This document shows, one piece after another, positions 12,946-24,833 of a DNA stretch of 64,000 bases. This DNA is from Macrostomum hystrix (Eukaryota > Animalia > Platyhelminthes). A program made the position numbers and the translations under genes. The DNA lies in contig CATNEN010000001.1 in assembly GCA_950097015.1 (NCBI GenBank), forward strand, positions 25,978,001 to 26,042,000, written 5' to 3'. How positions within the stretch are numbered: position 1 is the first letter of the stretch; each line of letters starts with the position of its first letter. A model generated the notes under the pieces. That model searched no databases. It had not been told where the DNA came from and saw nothing but the letters and a program-made list of their open reading frames with translations.

Positions 12946-15890
12946 AATAAGATGAGGAAGATGAACAAGGGGAAAAAAGGAAGATAATGGAGATGAGGAA
13001 TAATATAGAAAGAGGAAAGGGGGGAGAAGATGGGGAAGAAGAAAAAGATAGGAGAAAGCGAAGACCGCAGGAAGCAAGATCAAGAGCAGGCGATGAGCAG
13101 ACACCTGGCGGCAGTTCGCAGCAGGAGGCGGGGGGCGCAGAGGGCCGGAGACGCTCCGCCCTCGGTGCGCGAACTCAAGTGTTGAGAACGGGGCGGGCAA
13201 GAGAGAAATCTCGAAGCCAGACGGCTGGTCGAACAGAGCGGACGAACGCGGCAGAGAGAGGGCAGTTCGCGGCAGGGGGAGAGAAATCGGTCCCAGTGGG
13301 GAGGCAACGAATTTTCGGCCAGACGCGGCCCCGCTGGCTCACGCAAGGCGTCACCGCAGGCTTACGGTGGGAGCCGGTCAAAAGCCGCATGGGCTCATAA
13401 ATCAGGTGTTCATTAACCTGTCAGTCAAAATTTTGCTACCAGCCAACCAAGCCCCTGAGAAAAAACACAGTTTTCACTTTTCCACTCTCTCGCAGTGGCG
13501 CAGAAGACGGGAGGAAGCAGCCTAAAACGATTTAGTTGCTAACACCTACCTCAACACCTTTGTAGGTTAGGCGCCTTTTGTACTGAAAATCGCTTAGTCA
13601 CTCAGCTGAACTCACTCGCTTCTTCTAGTAGAATGGCTAGCCAGCGCTACAATTGCCCCTAACCAAACACCCAAAACTGCTTTAAAGAAAACTTTGCAGC
13701 CTTCATAACTGCACGCGGGAAGTTGAACAGAAATACACTGACGCATCGTGACTAAATTTGCCCACCTCCCACTGAGGTGGGCAAATCCCAGAATATTGAT
13801 ACATAACAAATCTCTTTCTTATTTGAGTCCTCAAATGAGACTCGGATCTCAGTACCCACTCGAAATTGATCCCGTTTAATCGAGAGCCTCTAGATTTTTC
13901 TCTTTTTCTAGCGAAATCGGCTTTCAGGTTTCTCAACACACAGACGGAGAGAAGTAGAGAAAAAACTGGGAGAGACATCGCTCTGCTCAGTGGGCGGCCC
14001 CTGGCTACCCGGCTACACGGCCTCTTAAAAGCGACTAAGCCAGAAAAAAGACGTCGTTTTAGGCAGCAACCCCGCGCCAAATTTCTCCGCCTCTTCCCCA
14101 CTGCGGCCGCGGTGCCAACAACGCTCCTATTCTCCCCTTCTCATTATCAAGGCGTCAGTTAAGGGGGGCCCAGGGCTGCCTTTGTACTGGCAGCTGTCAA
14201 TCATGGATAACAGACAGGCGGGGAGCGGCAACATGCACTGCCTCCCAGTTCTGAGGCAGTGCCACATATACTACTGCTCAGCCGCAATGGATTTTGAGAA
14301 CTGGTGCAGCTTGAAAGGGTAATCCATAAGCGCATAGTTACACTTTAGCATAATACATAGCCGCTCATTATGCTCGTCCATGTCAATACTCTCTTACTCA
14401 GCTCATATTGTCATACAATCTCTATTGTTAAATACAGTGCGGTACCGATATTGTTACAGTCATTTATATTGACAGGCCTTGTCCGTCCGTCTGTCTGATT
14501 GTATAGCACTGTTGTTGATATCGCTAAGCGCATGCGCTGGCTTATAGTGTCTGCATATTATATTAGCTAGAGCTCAAACCGTAACTTGAGCACGATTTTG
14601 ACCTCGAACGAAGTGCGAAAAATTTGTTCCAAAAACTTTCCAACTAACAAAGACTTGCAATAGAGAGAGGTGAAAAAACTTTGTCAGTGTCTCTCTCACA
14701 GCAGTCTTTATCCAGTGCTGTCTGGCGCCATACAAATTCCAATTCATTTCTTCGGCATCCAAAAATCGAAAAAAATTAATTTGCACAGCGTGTACTCGAT
14801 GGCGCCATGAAAACCTCGAATTCACATTCGATACTAGTCTTTGTTCGTCTCCGATAGTTCTTTTGAGTAGTCTTATTTGAGTCTAGGCCACAATAGTGAT
14901 ATAATAGTGTCTTAGAATAGAGTCGGTCACGTACTCAACAGAGTCAATTGGTCTAGATTCTCATTGCATAGATCTAACACAAAGATCTAGCTAAACACAC
15001 TTGACGAATTCTTCGAGCTGAAGTCTTTATTACAAAAATCACAGTTAGCGATTTTGAAATCACAGTATATAATACATTATCCTGTTTATAAGTGCCTCTG
15101 CAGTCAATATATTATTCTACCTGTTAAGTTAAATAGTATACACTATTATCATACCTGACTCAATGCCATTATTTATTACAATTCATCTGAATAAAATATC
15201 CAAATCACAGTTGAAATCTGATAGCTCTTGTCTGAGCAGTCAAATATCTATTTAGATAAGAACTTAACGCTTTCATTTCGTTAATTTTCGGTAATTTAAC
15301 GAACTTCTCTTGTGTGATTCCTTTGCTGAATCTTCTGTTCTTAGAAAACACCTGCTCTTTTCTAATCGAATCAATCAATTTTATCCGCTTAATTTTTTTC
15401 AATTCTGGATGTGGTCCAACGAAAGGAAAGGAAAACATTCTTTAATAAACATAACTGATTACGGACAGGTCGATACACATATTGGCTGAAAACTGTAAGC
15501 CCTAAATATACACACACATGTATATACAAACACATTTGCCAAACACTTTTCTAATGACAGAGAGTGTGGAAAAGTTGCGTGTGTCACACTAATTAACGCG
15601 CCATAAGCTTTCTATCGCCAACTAATTCCCGATTCGAATAATCCCGAACAGTTTTTTTCCCCGAATTTCTTGTATCCCACAAGCGGAGCCAGTCATGCGG
15701 CAATATCTGATAACCGGACTAATGATTACCAAAAAATAACAGAACTGAGGCCTAGCTGCTAATGCGTGAAACTTTCTGCTGCAGAAGAAAACTTAGCCAA
15801 GCAAGAAGGAAATGGGGGGGTTGAAGACTGGGAAATCTGTTGATTTGTACTGGTGAAGCTGGACTGAGATTATTGAATGGAAGTGAAATA

Positions 15891-16228
15891 CAGAGAGACA
15901 GAGACAGAGACAGAGAGAGAGACAGAGACAGAGACAGAGACAGAGACAGAGACAGAGAGACAGACAGAGACAGAGAGACAGACAGAGACAGACAAAGACA
16001 GAGAGACAGACAGAGACAGAGAGACAGACAGAGACAGACAGAGACAGAGAGACAGACAGAGACAGAGAGACAGACAGAGACAGAGAGACAGACAGAGACA
16101 GAGACAGACAGAGACAGACAGAGACAGACAGAGACAGACAGAGACAGAGAGACAGACAGAGACAGAGAGACAGACAGAGACAGAGAGACAGAGAGACAGA
16201 CAGAGACAGAGAGACAGACAGATAGAGA
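15891..16228. repeat. (GAGACA/GACA)n microsatellite
   Basis: Simple repeat. Confidence 0.95.
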
Positions 16229-19200
16229 GGCCAAGAGGTAGAGAAAGATCAGAACAAAAGTGAAGAAGCTAAACATAAGAGACAACAATTCAAACTCGAA
16301 GATGCCAACAGACATGTAAGTATGAGCTCAAGTAAAAGAGCCAACACAGACAGGCAGATCTGTCAGCCTTGTTGGTGAGGTGATAAGAATTCCTGGTTTC
16401 CTGATCAATAATAGATTAGGCGTGAGATCGCAAATAGCGACTCAAATGACAGCGCGAGAACTGCTGCTTAACCGAATCACTCACTGGCACTGGGGACACT
16501 GTAATCCCAACTGCTTCCGTAGCACGCAGGCCGGATTAGAGCTGAGCTGATGATAAATGACACGTGAGCGGATTGACAACTCTAAAAACAGTTGGCATGT
16601 TTTACGGGGCTTTAAATCACTCGCTGGCATCCATTTGGGATTTCAGAAAGCAACACGAGAAGGCATAATAAATTTATCCCACGGAACACACACACCTACT
16701 GGGACATACTCAAATGACATCCTCACGTTCGGACGATTAACTGAATCAATCCCACTAACGCCCAGCAAGAGCAGAGTTCGTGATTTGAACTGATTTTCGA
16801 ATTAAGCAACAAAAACTCCACTGAAAGCTAGCAGTGAGAGGATATGCAATGCCTTCATCCCAGTCCGAAAGCTCTGCTAAATCCCTACTCACGCAGTCAT
16901 CAGCATCATCATCCCACAAAAAACTGGGATTTCAGGCTTAGAATGGCGAAGAAAATCTGTCCGACCGGCCCTGTGGTTGGACAGGGCGAAGGCCGGCGCC
17001 CGCACGAAAGAAACTCCCCCCCTCAGACCCTCCGGACTGCCAACTTTTCATTTTGAAAGTTTTTTTCTCACCCTCGCTCTCACTGACTCGCGCGTTCCAG
17101 CAGTGCCGCAGCAAATGCAATAAATGAAACGAGAAGCGGAGAAGAGAGAAGCAGAAAAAACACACCCCGACTCTCTTCTTTTGGCATTCTTTTGGCGCAA
17201 GTGAGTCGAAGCGGAGGGGAGAACACAGGCTGGGCGGAGCTCACAGAAGCGAGAAGGATGGGGTTGCGCGCATACACAGAGAGGCCACTGGGCCTCTGGG
17301 CTAGGAGGCGGGGGTGCGACTGAAAAGACAGCCTGAAGTGTCTCTTCACAGTTGATTGACAGGCTGGAGCGGCCCAGAAGCTACGTCCGTCAAAAAAGCG
17401 TCCCTCACTCACTCTCTCTCTGCGGCCCTATCCCCTATCCTATACAGGGGCCGGCCGGCAGCCACTGACGAGAAATCTATTCTATATAATATAATACAAT
17501 AGCAGGGGAAGGCACTGAGTAGAGTTGGAGCAGGGGAGGGGAGAGAAGAGGCCGCGGTGGCGGTAGCGGCGGCGGCGGCGGGGAGTTAAGAGTTGAGATT
17601 GTGCGACACTGAGACCTCCCAAAATTGCGGATCTCTGCCCCAGGCAGATGCTGAGACACGGTGACTTATGCATAATGTACTGCACTCGTGAAATTGACTT
17701 TATGAATGAATGCCATTATATTATCCGCTACTCTGGGGAGGTGGGGTGGGCGGTGACACACTCAGCATCCAATGCAAATGGAAACTAATAACCATGATGA
17801 AGATGAGGCTAAGCTCAGTCCTATCCTATTAGCCATGGCACTAAGCTAACACATTCGTGGAATTTATCGGGGAATAGTTTTAAAAAAAACGAGGAAAACA
17901 CAGAAACAACAGACAGCCACACATGCGGACTCACAAAGTATGCTCAAAGAGTTGAGAAAGGCATCTGTCCGACTGTCTCACCCCCTCCCCCCTAACTGTG
18001 GGTGTCGCCAAGTTTGTCAGTGAATATTTTAGTCTCTAAGGAGAAATTGAAACAGAGAGAGTGAGCGAGTGAGCGAAATGCCACACACTGCAGAGTCAGA
18101 GGCAGTCACACAGGGCCTTATAGGGGCCTACTGATATAGAATTTCGGTGAAAAGGCGCAAGTCACACGCACTGGCAGTTAATTAAATTCCGTTTGTAAGC
18201 ACACAGACAATGGCTGCTTGAATGCTCCGCCCACCTATCAAAGTGTTCCAAGGCGCGTCACGTTTTGTCATCACCCGCGACTCCACCCAGGCGCCTGGGC
18301 TTCTCACTGGCGCCTTCTCAATTCTTCAAGGTGTCTTGAAAGCAGCGCGTGAGCACAGTTTGAGCACAGTTTGGGCGGCGAAGTCAAGACCACTTGAATT
18401 GCCCCGCCTTCAAACGCCTTGGACTCATGGATATTAAGGGGATAACTCTCCCAATATTGGATTGGGAATAATTGAAGAGTTTCAAGATTTCAGGGGGGGC
18501 TTATTGAAGAGGCTCATCGATTCAGTTGAGATTTCAATATTATAGCAACATTTTCGCATTGCCCAGAGCTAGCTAATTAAGGCAGCTTTCAGTGAAAACA
18601 AAGACAAACACAATGAAGGAAATATTTGTTAGCACGGCCTGCCTCAGGGGGAACACTATAATAAAATATTCTCACCTGTGAATTAATGCCTTTGCTGATG
18701 ATAAAAAAGCAACAGAAACACAGGCACGCACGCATTAACAGATGCTGCTGCCGTTAAACTTTCTGGTTGATAATCTAAAATAACCTGTCAGGTGCGAGAC
18801 ATTTTTTCTTTGGCTGCGCGCGGGTGAGAAAGTCCCGGACAAGAAAGACTGAGAAAAAAACTCGATCAGCTTGTAAAGCGCGAGAGAAACAGATGGATGG
18901 GACATTGTATGTAGGCGCGACTGCCTACACCCACCGAATATTCAGACCTGGCGCCATTGAGAGTGTTGACTTGTCTGTTCCCAATGGCATGTGATAACAC
19001 AGGCAAGTTCTTATTTTGACTTTTTTTCGGATTTGAAAAAAACGACATTGCAGCAAAAAGTGACACAATAAGACGCAGCATCGCATTGTGATTCTGTGAC
19101 ATTCCGCTAATTCTAAAGTAGTGTCTTTGTTATCATTTGCTAGTCTTTGTTCTATAATAGCTTCATGAAGGTAGGTCAGCATGTAATGTGACTTCAGGCC

Positions 19201-19697
19201 TTCAAGTTTTGCTTTTGCCTCAGTCTGCAGCTAGAAGAAGACGCGGAAAACAAATGGGAAAAGCAAATTCAAAAGATTGATAAATCCAAATCACAGAGTG
19301 GCACAGCTATTGTGAAAACACAAAAGATAGTCGCCAGAAACCAAATCAATGGGATTTTATCAATACGGAATTGACCGCTTAAACACTCTATGTGCCTGAC
19401 TGTGTAGATGAAATCTGCACTGAGAGCTGACAACATCAAAGAACTGAGTGACCGAATGGCCAGTTGAAACTGTCTGACAATGTGAAACTGCCGCGGACTC
19501 GTATTTTCAGTCGATATTTGAAGAGGCTCAGACAGACCATCTTCCATAATCGAGATCTTAGAAACCTGATAGCTCTGCGCTTTGGGCCAGCGAGCTCGCC
19601 ACAACTCAATAGCAGGACAGTCCATTGCGGGATTAGGGTATAGAGTAGCCCATAGATTTGCTAAGCGCGAATAAGGAACACAAAAACTGCGACTCAC

Positions 19698-21294
19698 CCG
19701 CTCCTGAGGGCGAAGCGGCGGAGGCGGCGTGACCCTGAAGGTTGTCGAATAGGCGCATACCAGATGCGGCCGCTGCTGCTGCTGCCGCTGCGGCGGCTGC
19801 CGCCGCGGCCGACGGCACCGGAGGAAGGAGCGGATGACTGTGGAAGAGTGGGGGCGGCTGCTGCTGGCGAGATGCCGATTTGCCGAGGTGCTGGTGATGC
19901 TGATGAAGATGCTGATGCTGTGCGGCCGACCCTCGACTGACGGCTGGCGAAACGGAGGAAGGCGCTGAGGACGCTGAGGTGCGGACGGAGGCGGCTGCGG
20001 CGGCGGCCATGGCTGCGGCCATGCCGGAGGGCGAAGACGCCGAACACGAGGAGGAAGAGGAGGAGAGTAGAGGCGGCTGCTGCTGATGCTGCTGCTGCTT
20101 GAGCTGCTGGACCGGCTGCTGAGATAGCGGAGGCGGAGTAGTGACGGAGGAGTGATGGCGGTGCTGCGGCAAGCTCGGGTGATGCGGCTGGAATGGGGAG
20201 GGTCGCTGGTGATGGCCAGCGGCAGCGGAGGCCGGGTGCTGCATGAAGGAGGTGAGGGCCGCGTACTGGTTGATGAAGTGCTGCAGCTGGGGCATGCTGT
20301 GCGCGCCGGCGTAGCCAAGCGGCGGCTGCGGAGACGGCGAGCCGTGGAACAGGGCGGGGTGGTGCTGGTGCTGGTGCTGGTGATGCACCGAGTGGTAGGG
20401 CGGCGGCGGCGGCATGAAAGCGGCGGCTGCGGCTGCGGCTGCCGCGGCCATGTCCAGCTGGGAGGCGCCGCTGGGAACAGGGAAGCCAAACGGAGATCGG
20501 TGAAGCGGCGGCCGAGGCAGCTGTGCCAGCGGCTGTGAGCTGGGCTGGGCAGCGGGGGCGGCCACAGCCGTGGTCTCGTAGGGCCGCCACAGCGCCTTCT
20601 CGCCCTCCTCGACCAGGTCAGTTTTGTCCTGCTTGAGATTCTCGGCCGGGTCGGCCGCGTTGCCAGACGAGTCGCTGCAGCCGACGCCGCCGACGTCAAT
20701 CTCTTCGTCGTCCTCGTGGTTGTAATTTTTTACTTCGTCCGAGGCGGCCAGATCGTCATTGTTATTATTGTTGCTGCTGCTGTTGCTGGAAGACGAAGCT
20801 GAGGACTTCACAATGGCTCCTGCGGGTCTGGACAGCGGAAGCGACTGCGGAGGCGCCGGAGTCAAGTGAGACTTCTTGACGGGCGTCACGATCGGCTTTC
20901 TGCGCCTGCCGCTGTTTACAGCGGAGGCCATGGCTGACTGCCGGGGGCCGCTAGCGCTGCCAACGGCGCTGTCGTCCATCTCCTCTTCGTCATCGTCTAC
21001 GCAGAACCGATGCGAGCGCAGCAGCAGACTGTCCGCCGCAGCCTCCGCCTCGGCGCTGCTGTTGTCATCATTGTCAACGTCTAGATTGTCGCCGACGCCC
21101 CGCGGCTCGAGTTTCAGCTGCTTCTGCCGCTGCTGAGCAGCCGCCGCTCGACAAAGCAGCATCTGACGGGTTGACGACGTGCCCGAAGCTGCTGCAGCTA
21201 CTGCGGCCGCTGCGGCAGTCACCTGCGGAGAAGCTGCTGCAGCGCTGCTAACTCCTTTGGCATCCACTATTGCCTGAGCGGCCGTTGTTGCCAT
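19698..21294 (-). CDS. TCF: TCF/LEF transcription factor, first coding exon (N-terminal extension, beta-catenin-binding motif, low-complexity A/H/Q/P region)
   Basis: ATG at 21294. DDLAASDEVKNYNHEDDEE...ENLKQDKTDLVEE (from 20757) matches the TCF beta-catenin-binding pattern DDLGANDELISFKDEG...DLADVKSSLVNE. Ends at a GTGAGT donor in phase with the HMG exon. The start could lie further upstream because the frame is open to the acceptor at 21357. Confidence 0.85.
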
Positions 21295-21356
21295 GCTGCT
21301 GCTGCTGCTGCTGCTGAGTCTCCCGTTTTGCCAGCAAACGGGAGCAGGGCCAGCGC

Positions 21357-21372
21357 CTGAAAGTAATTAGCG
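21357..21372 (-). other. Splice acceptor with branch point 62 nt upstream of the TCF ATG
   Basis: Minus strand reads CGCTAATTACTTTCAG|GCG (CTAAT branch motif, pyrimidine run, CAG). Confidence 0.55.
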
Positions 21373-23257
21373 TTTAATTTGTCAAAGATAAGCTGGCAAA
21401 GCATACGTCAGCCAACACAAGCTACAAATATAGCGGAACACTCCACAGTCCTCTCTACTCTATTTCTCTTTCTTCTGAAGCTCATCATCAGCTAGCTGAG
21501 GCATCAGCTATCGCATAGATAGAGAGGCTAGCATGGTGGAGGCGGGGGGCACACTCCTGTTCATGCCTGCCATCTGAGATTTGAGACACTTGTGCATGGC
21601 ACAGAAAACTGTTCTTAGAAAAAAAAATAGTCTTTTTGTCCAACTACTAAATGTGTTCTCCTGATCTAGCAAACGCACAGTCTACACGCTGCATGGTCTT
21701 AGAAAGCGATGATCCATAAGCACGCAGTATTAATTGGGGTGATTCGCAGCCGCCAAGATGTCGCTGTTGTTTGCCGTGTAGCGGAGATGATGGCAAACAT
21801 GGCGAGAGAAGCGGCACAGGAAGGGGAGCCAACAGATAAGACAGGGGGGGCAAAGGGATATGGCATTCTGTGCAGAACAAAAATGGGAAAACAGAAACTG
21901 CATGCCCTCCCTGAGCAGGAGTTGTTGAGTATAGGAGTGGGGAATCCGCTTTAGGTTGCTCAGATTGATAAGACGTTTGACTTGCAGCTCCCACCGCTCA
22001 TCTTGGCGGGACCCATTGCGGATTTGTCAAGAATCTGATCGGCAAGGATTTCTGGGCAAACATTACATATCGAGGGAGGAGCAGAAAAGCTTGAGCAGAC
22101 TCACTCATGAGAACTGCAACTGGCTGGCTAAATCATTAAATGCATCTCGCATTGCCAATCTTCTTCAGATAGGAATCTGTTCAGCTATATTGGCCCTTCA
22201 TCTATTCAATACAAGCAAGATATATTCACCCGACACTGATGGCTAGTTAACAATGTCTATCTAGGACTCTAGGTATTCACAATGTCGCTTCCGCGGCGAG
22301 GCCACATTCATTTGGGGCGCAGCCACGGAGAGAAGGCTTTGGGGGCTTGTCGTGCAATCTACACCCTAGTACACAGTGAGAGTGTACACTGTCGGATGAA
22401 CATACACAGGCAGATCAAACTTTTCTGATGCGGATTCGAGCTCGGGTACTTCCGGTGCAAGAATCGGACAGACTGACACTCCACCAACTCCATTCTTGGA
22501 CTTGAAAACAGAAAGTGGACACAAGTTTGTGAAAGTCTGTTTCTAAAAGAGCATCTAAAAAACACGCAGATACACAAAACAGACAGCTGCAGGTAGGTGG
22601 CAGGCCGGGTGTACTACGGCTGCACTCAGTCTGAGAGACACTCGCATAGCCAGACCTGGCTTACAATTGCACAGATTCGGAGAAGCGAATAAGCCCCGCT
22701 GCAGTTTGATTGACAGGCGGCGCTGTCTCCTCTTGAACTCTGGTTATACCGAAGCGGACAGTGAAACGGCCTTAACTGATTTACTATATAGCTGGTCTTC
22801 ACTACAATGCACTTGGCCCGGCTTGCCAAATGCTAAAAGACGGGGGGGCAGAAAAAAAGCAGAAGAAAGACAAGAGAGTAAGGAAACAAGAATAGGTGTG
22901 GGCCCGGCCCGAGTTCGGGACTAGCTATCTGTTTGAAAAAAGAGACTTAATATATCTACTATTACACACTTGAAGACTAGCGCCATCCATAGAGGGCCAG
23001 CTAAAAAAACTGGCTAAAAGCTGCGCTCTCGTTTACCTACAACATAGTGAGAAGGCAGGATAGAAGGGGCCTCAATCACGCACTTCCTTAGCGGGGGGTC
23101 GCTGGGGGCCCTGAATCTTCTTAGTTCCTAAGGCTGGGCTCTGCGATAAAAAGTAGAAATTCAATCAGATTTTGCAGATAAATATGCTGTTTAGTATTCA
23201 TCTGCAACAACAGAAGAGAAATAACTAAAAATGCTCGAATTCTGCAACCTTCCGATA

Positions 23258-23765
23258 TCATCTCTCCCGTGTCTCATCTCTCCCGTGTCTCATCTCTCCC
23301 CGTGTCTCATCTCTCCCGTGTCTCATCTCTCCCTGTGTCTCATCTCTTCCGTGTCTCACCTCTTCCGTGTCTCATCTCTCCCGTGTCTCATCTCTCCCTG
23401 TGTCTCATCTCTCCCGTGTCTCATCTCTCCCGTGTCTCATCTCTCCCTGTGTCTCATCTCTCCCGTGTCTCATCTCTCCCGTGTCTCATCTCTCCCCGTG
23501 TCTCATCTCTCCCGTGTCTCATCTCTCCATGTGTCTCACCTCTTCCGTGTCTCACCTCTTCCGTGTCTCATCTCTCCCGTGTCTCATCTCTCCCGTGTCT
23601 CATCTCTCCCGTGCCTCATCTCTCCTGTGTCTCATCTCTCCCGTGTCTCATCTCTCCCCGTGTCTCATCTCTCCCGTGTCTTATCTCTCCCGTGTCTCAT
23701 CTCTCCCGCGTCTCATCTCTCCCGCGTCTCACGTATACTATCTCACACTTGTCTCATATCTCCCC
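23258..23765. repeat. Minisatellite, 16-17-bp unit TCATCTCTCCCGTGTC, ~30 copies
   Basis: Tandem repeats. Confidence 0.95.
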
Positions 23766-23854
23766 TGTTCTATTTCTCCCCCATCAATACGGCCCGCTCA
23801 ATGTATATAAGATAGCTGACCTCCAGCCCATCCCCTATATATGATCCCCTAAAA

Positions 23855-24193
23855 CAGGGGTCGGCAAACTCCGGCCCGCGGGCCAGATGCGGCCCTAGAA
23901 GCTCCCAAATCCGGCCCGTTGCACCTTCTGACATCTATAGTGTTCTGTTTCATCTCTCTCGTGTCCAATCTCTCCCGTGTCTAATCTCTACTGTGTTTCA
24001 TCTCTCCCGTGTCTAATCTCTCCTGTGTCTCATCGCTCTCGTGTCTAATCTCTCCCGTGTCTCATCGCTCTCGTGTCTAATCTCTCCTGTGTCTCATCTC
24101 TCCCCTATCTCATATTTATACAGTCAATGCGGCCCGGTGTCGTCTATTAGGTTCTCTCTTTGGCCCGCCAGCAAATAAGTTTGCCTACCCCTG
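23855..24193. mobile_element. Non-autonomous hAT (Charlie/Buster-type) MITE, 339 bp
   Basis: TIRs CAGGGGTCGGCAAAC / GTTTGCCTACCCCTG; subterminal GGCCC motifs; perfect 8-bp TSD CCCTAAAA (23847-23854, 24194-24201) with central TA. Confidence 0.92.
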
Positions 24194-24833
24194 CCCTAAA
24201 ATGATTTTTAGCTTCAGAAAAGCGAGTTTTTCAATTTCCCATAAAGATTTTCTCACAGACAATAACTGACAGCCATGCGGGTCGTAAGTGGACAATGGAA
24301 GTTGCAAACTTTTAGAAGAAAAAAATATGACGAACCTGTCAAGTGAACGCAAAATCGCCACGGATATAGCCAATGTCCCAGACAAATGTCCATTATTATT
24401 GGATTTCATAGTTTTGTCTGCACTATTATACTGTCATACGTGGTCACATTAGCTTTAAAATGATCTTCAACAGATAAGGCATTCTTTCTTAACATATATA
24501 AATAAGCTAAAGACAAATGATTCTCCAACACAAACGACCCCTGTCCCGCCTTGCTTTTTCTGTTATCTATTTGTTAAAAAGTCCAGATGTTTCCGAGAGG
24601 GGCTTGAAGATTCGCATCTAACCAAATAATAGTACAATTTTTATAGCAAACAGTTTTATATGCACTTTCTAGCATTAAACAATGAAGCAGAATTTTAGTG
24701 GAATAATAATCGTGAAGGGCGTTAAATCACTTATGAAGAGCAGGAGGAAATGGTTAGGAAATGCTTTTTAAATAGTAGGGCTAAATCCCCACTATATATG
24801 GGAGCGAAATTTTCAGGAAAATATTTAATCTAA

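Larger units (their letters stand above)
10936..19697 (-). other. Large phase-1 intron of the TCF gene (~8.76 kb); additional small exons not excluded
   Basis: Donor G|GTGAGT at 19697 and acceptor CAG| at 10936. Exons of 1597 + 1196 nt give 2793 nt in frame (930 aa + stop). Confidence 0.8.

Noticed and set aside
11872-13200. 442-aa poly-LLP and 343-aa poly-FSL ORFs
   Set aside because: Translations of a 9-bp polypurine repeat.
14440-14560. GTCCGTCCGTCTGTCTG and TA-CAGTG motif suggesting a Helentron/HINE or Tc1 end
   Set aside because: No partner terminus, hairpin or TSD could be identified.
19633-19697. C-terminal part of the 553-aa ORF (ESQFLCSLF...)
   Set aside because: Lies past the GTGAGT donor; composition changes to intronic.
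19269-20699. 476-aa and 298-aa alternate-frame ORFs in TCF exon 1
   Set aside because: They overlap the true frame, which carries the beta-catenin motif and the correct splice phase.
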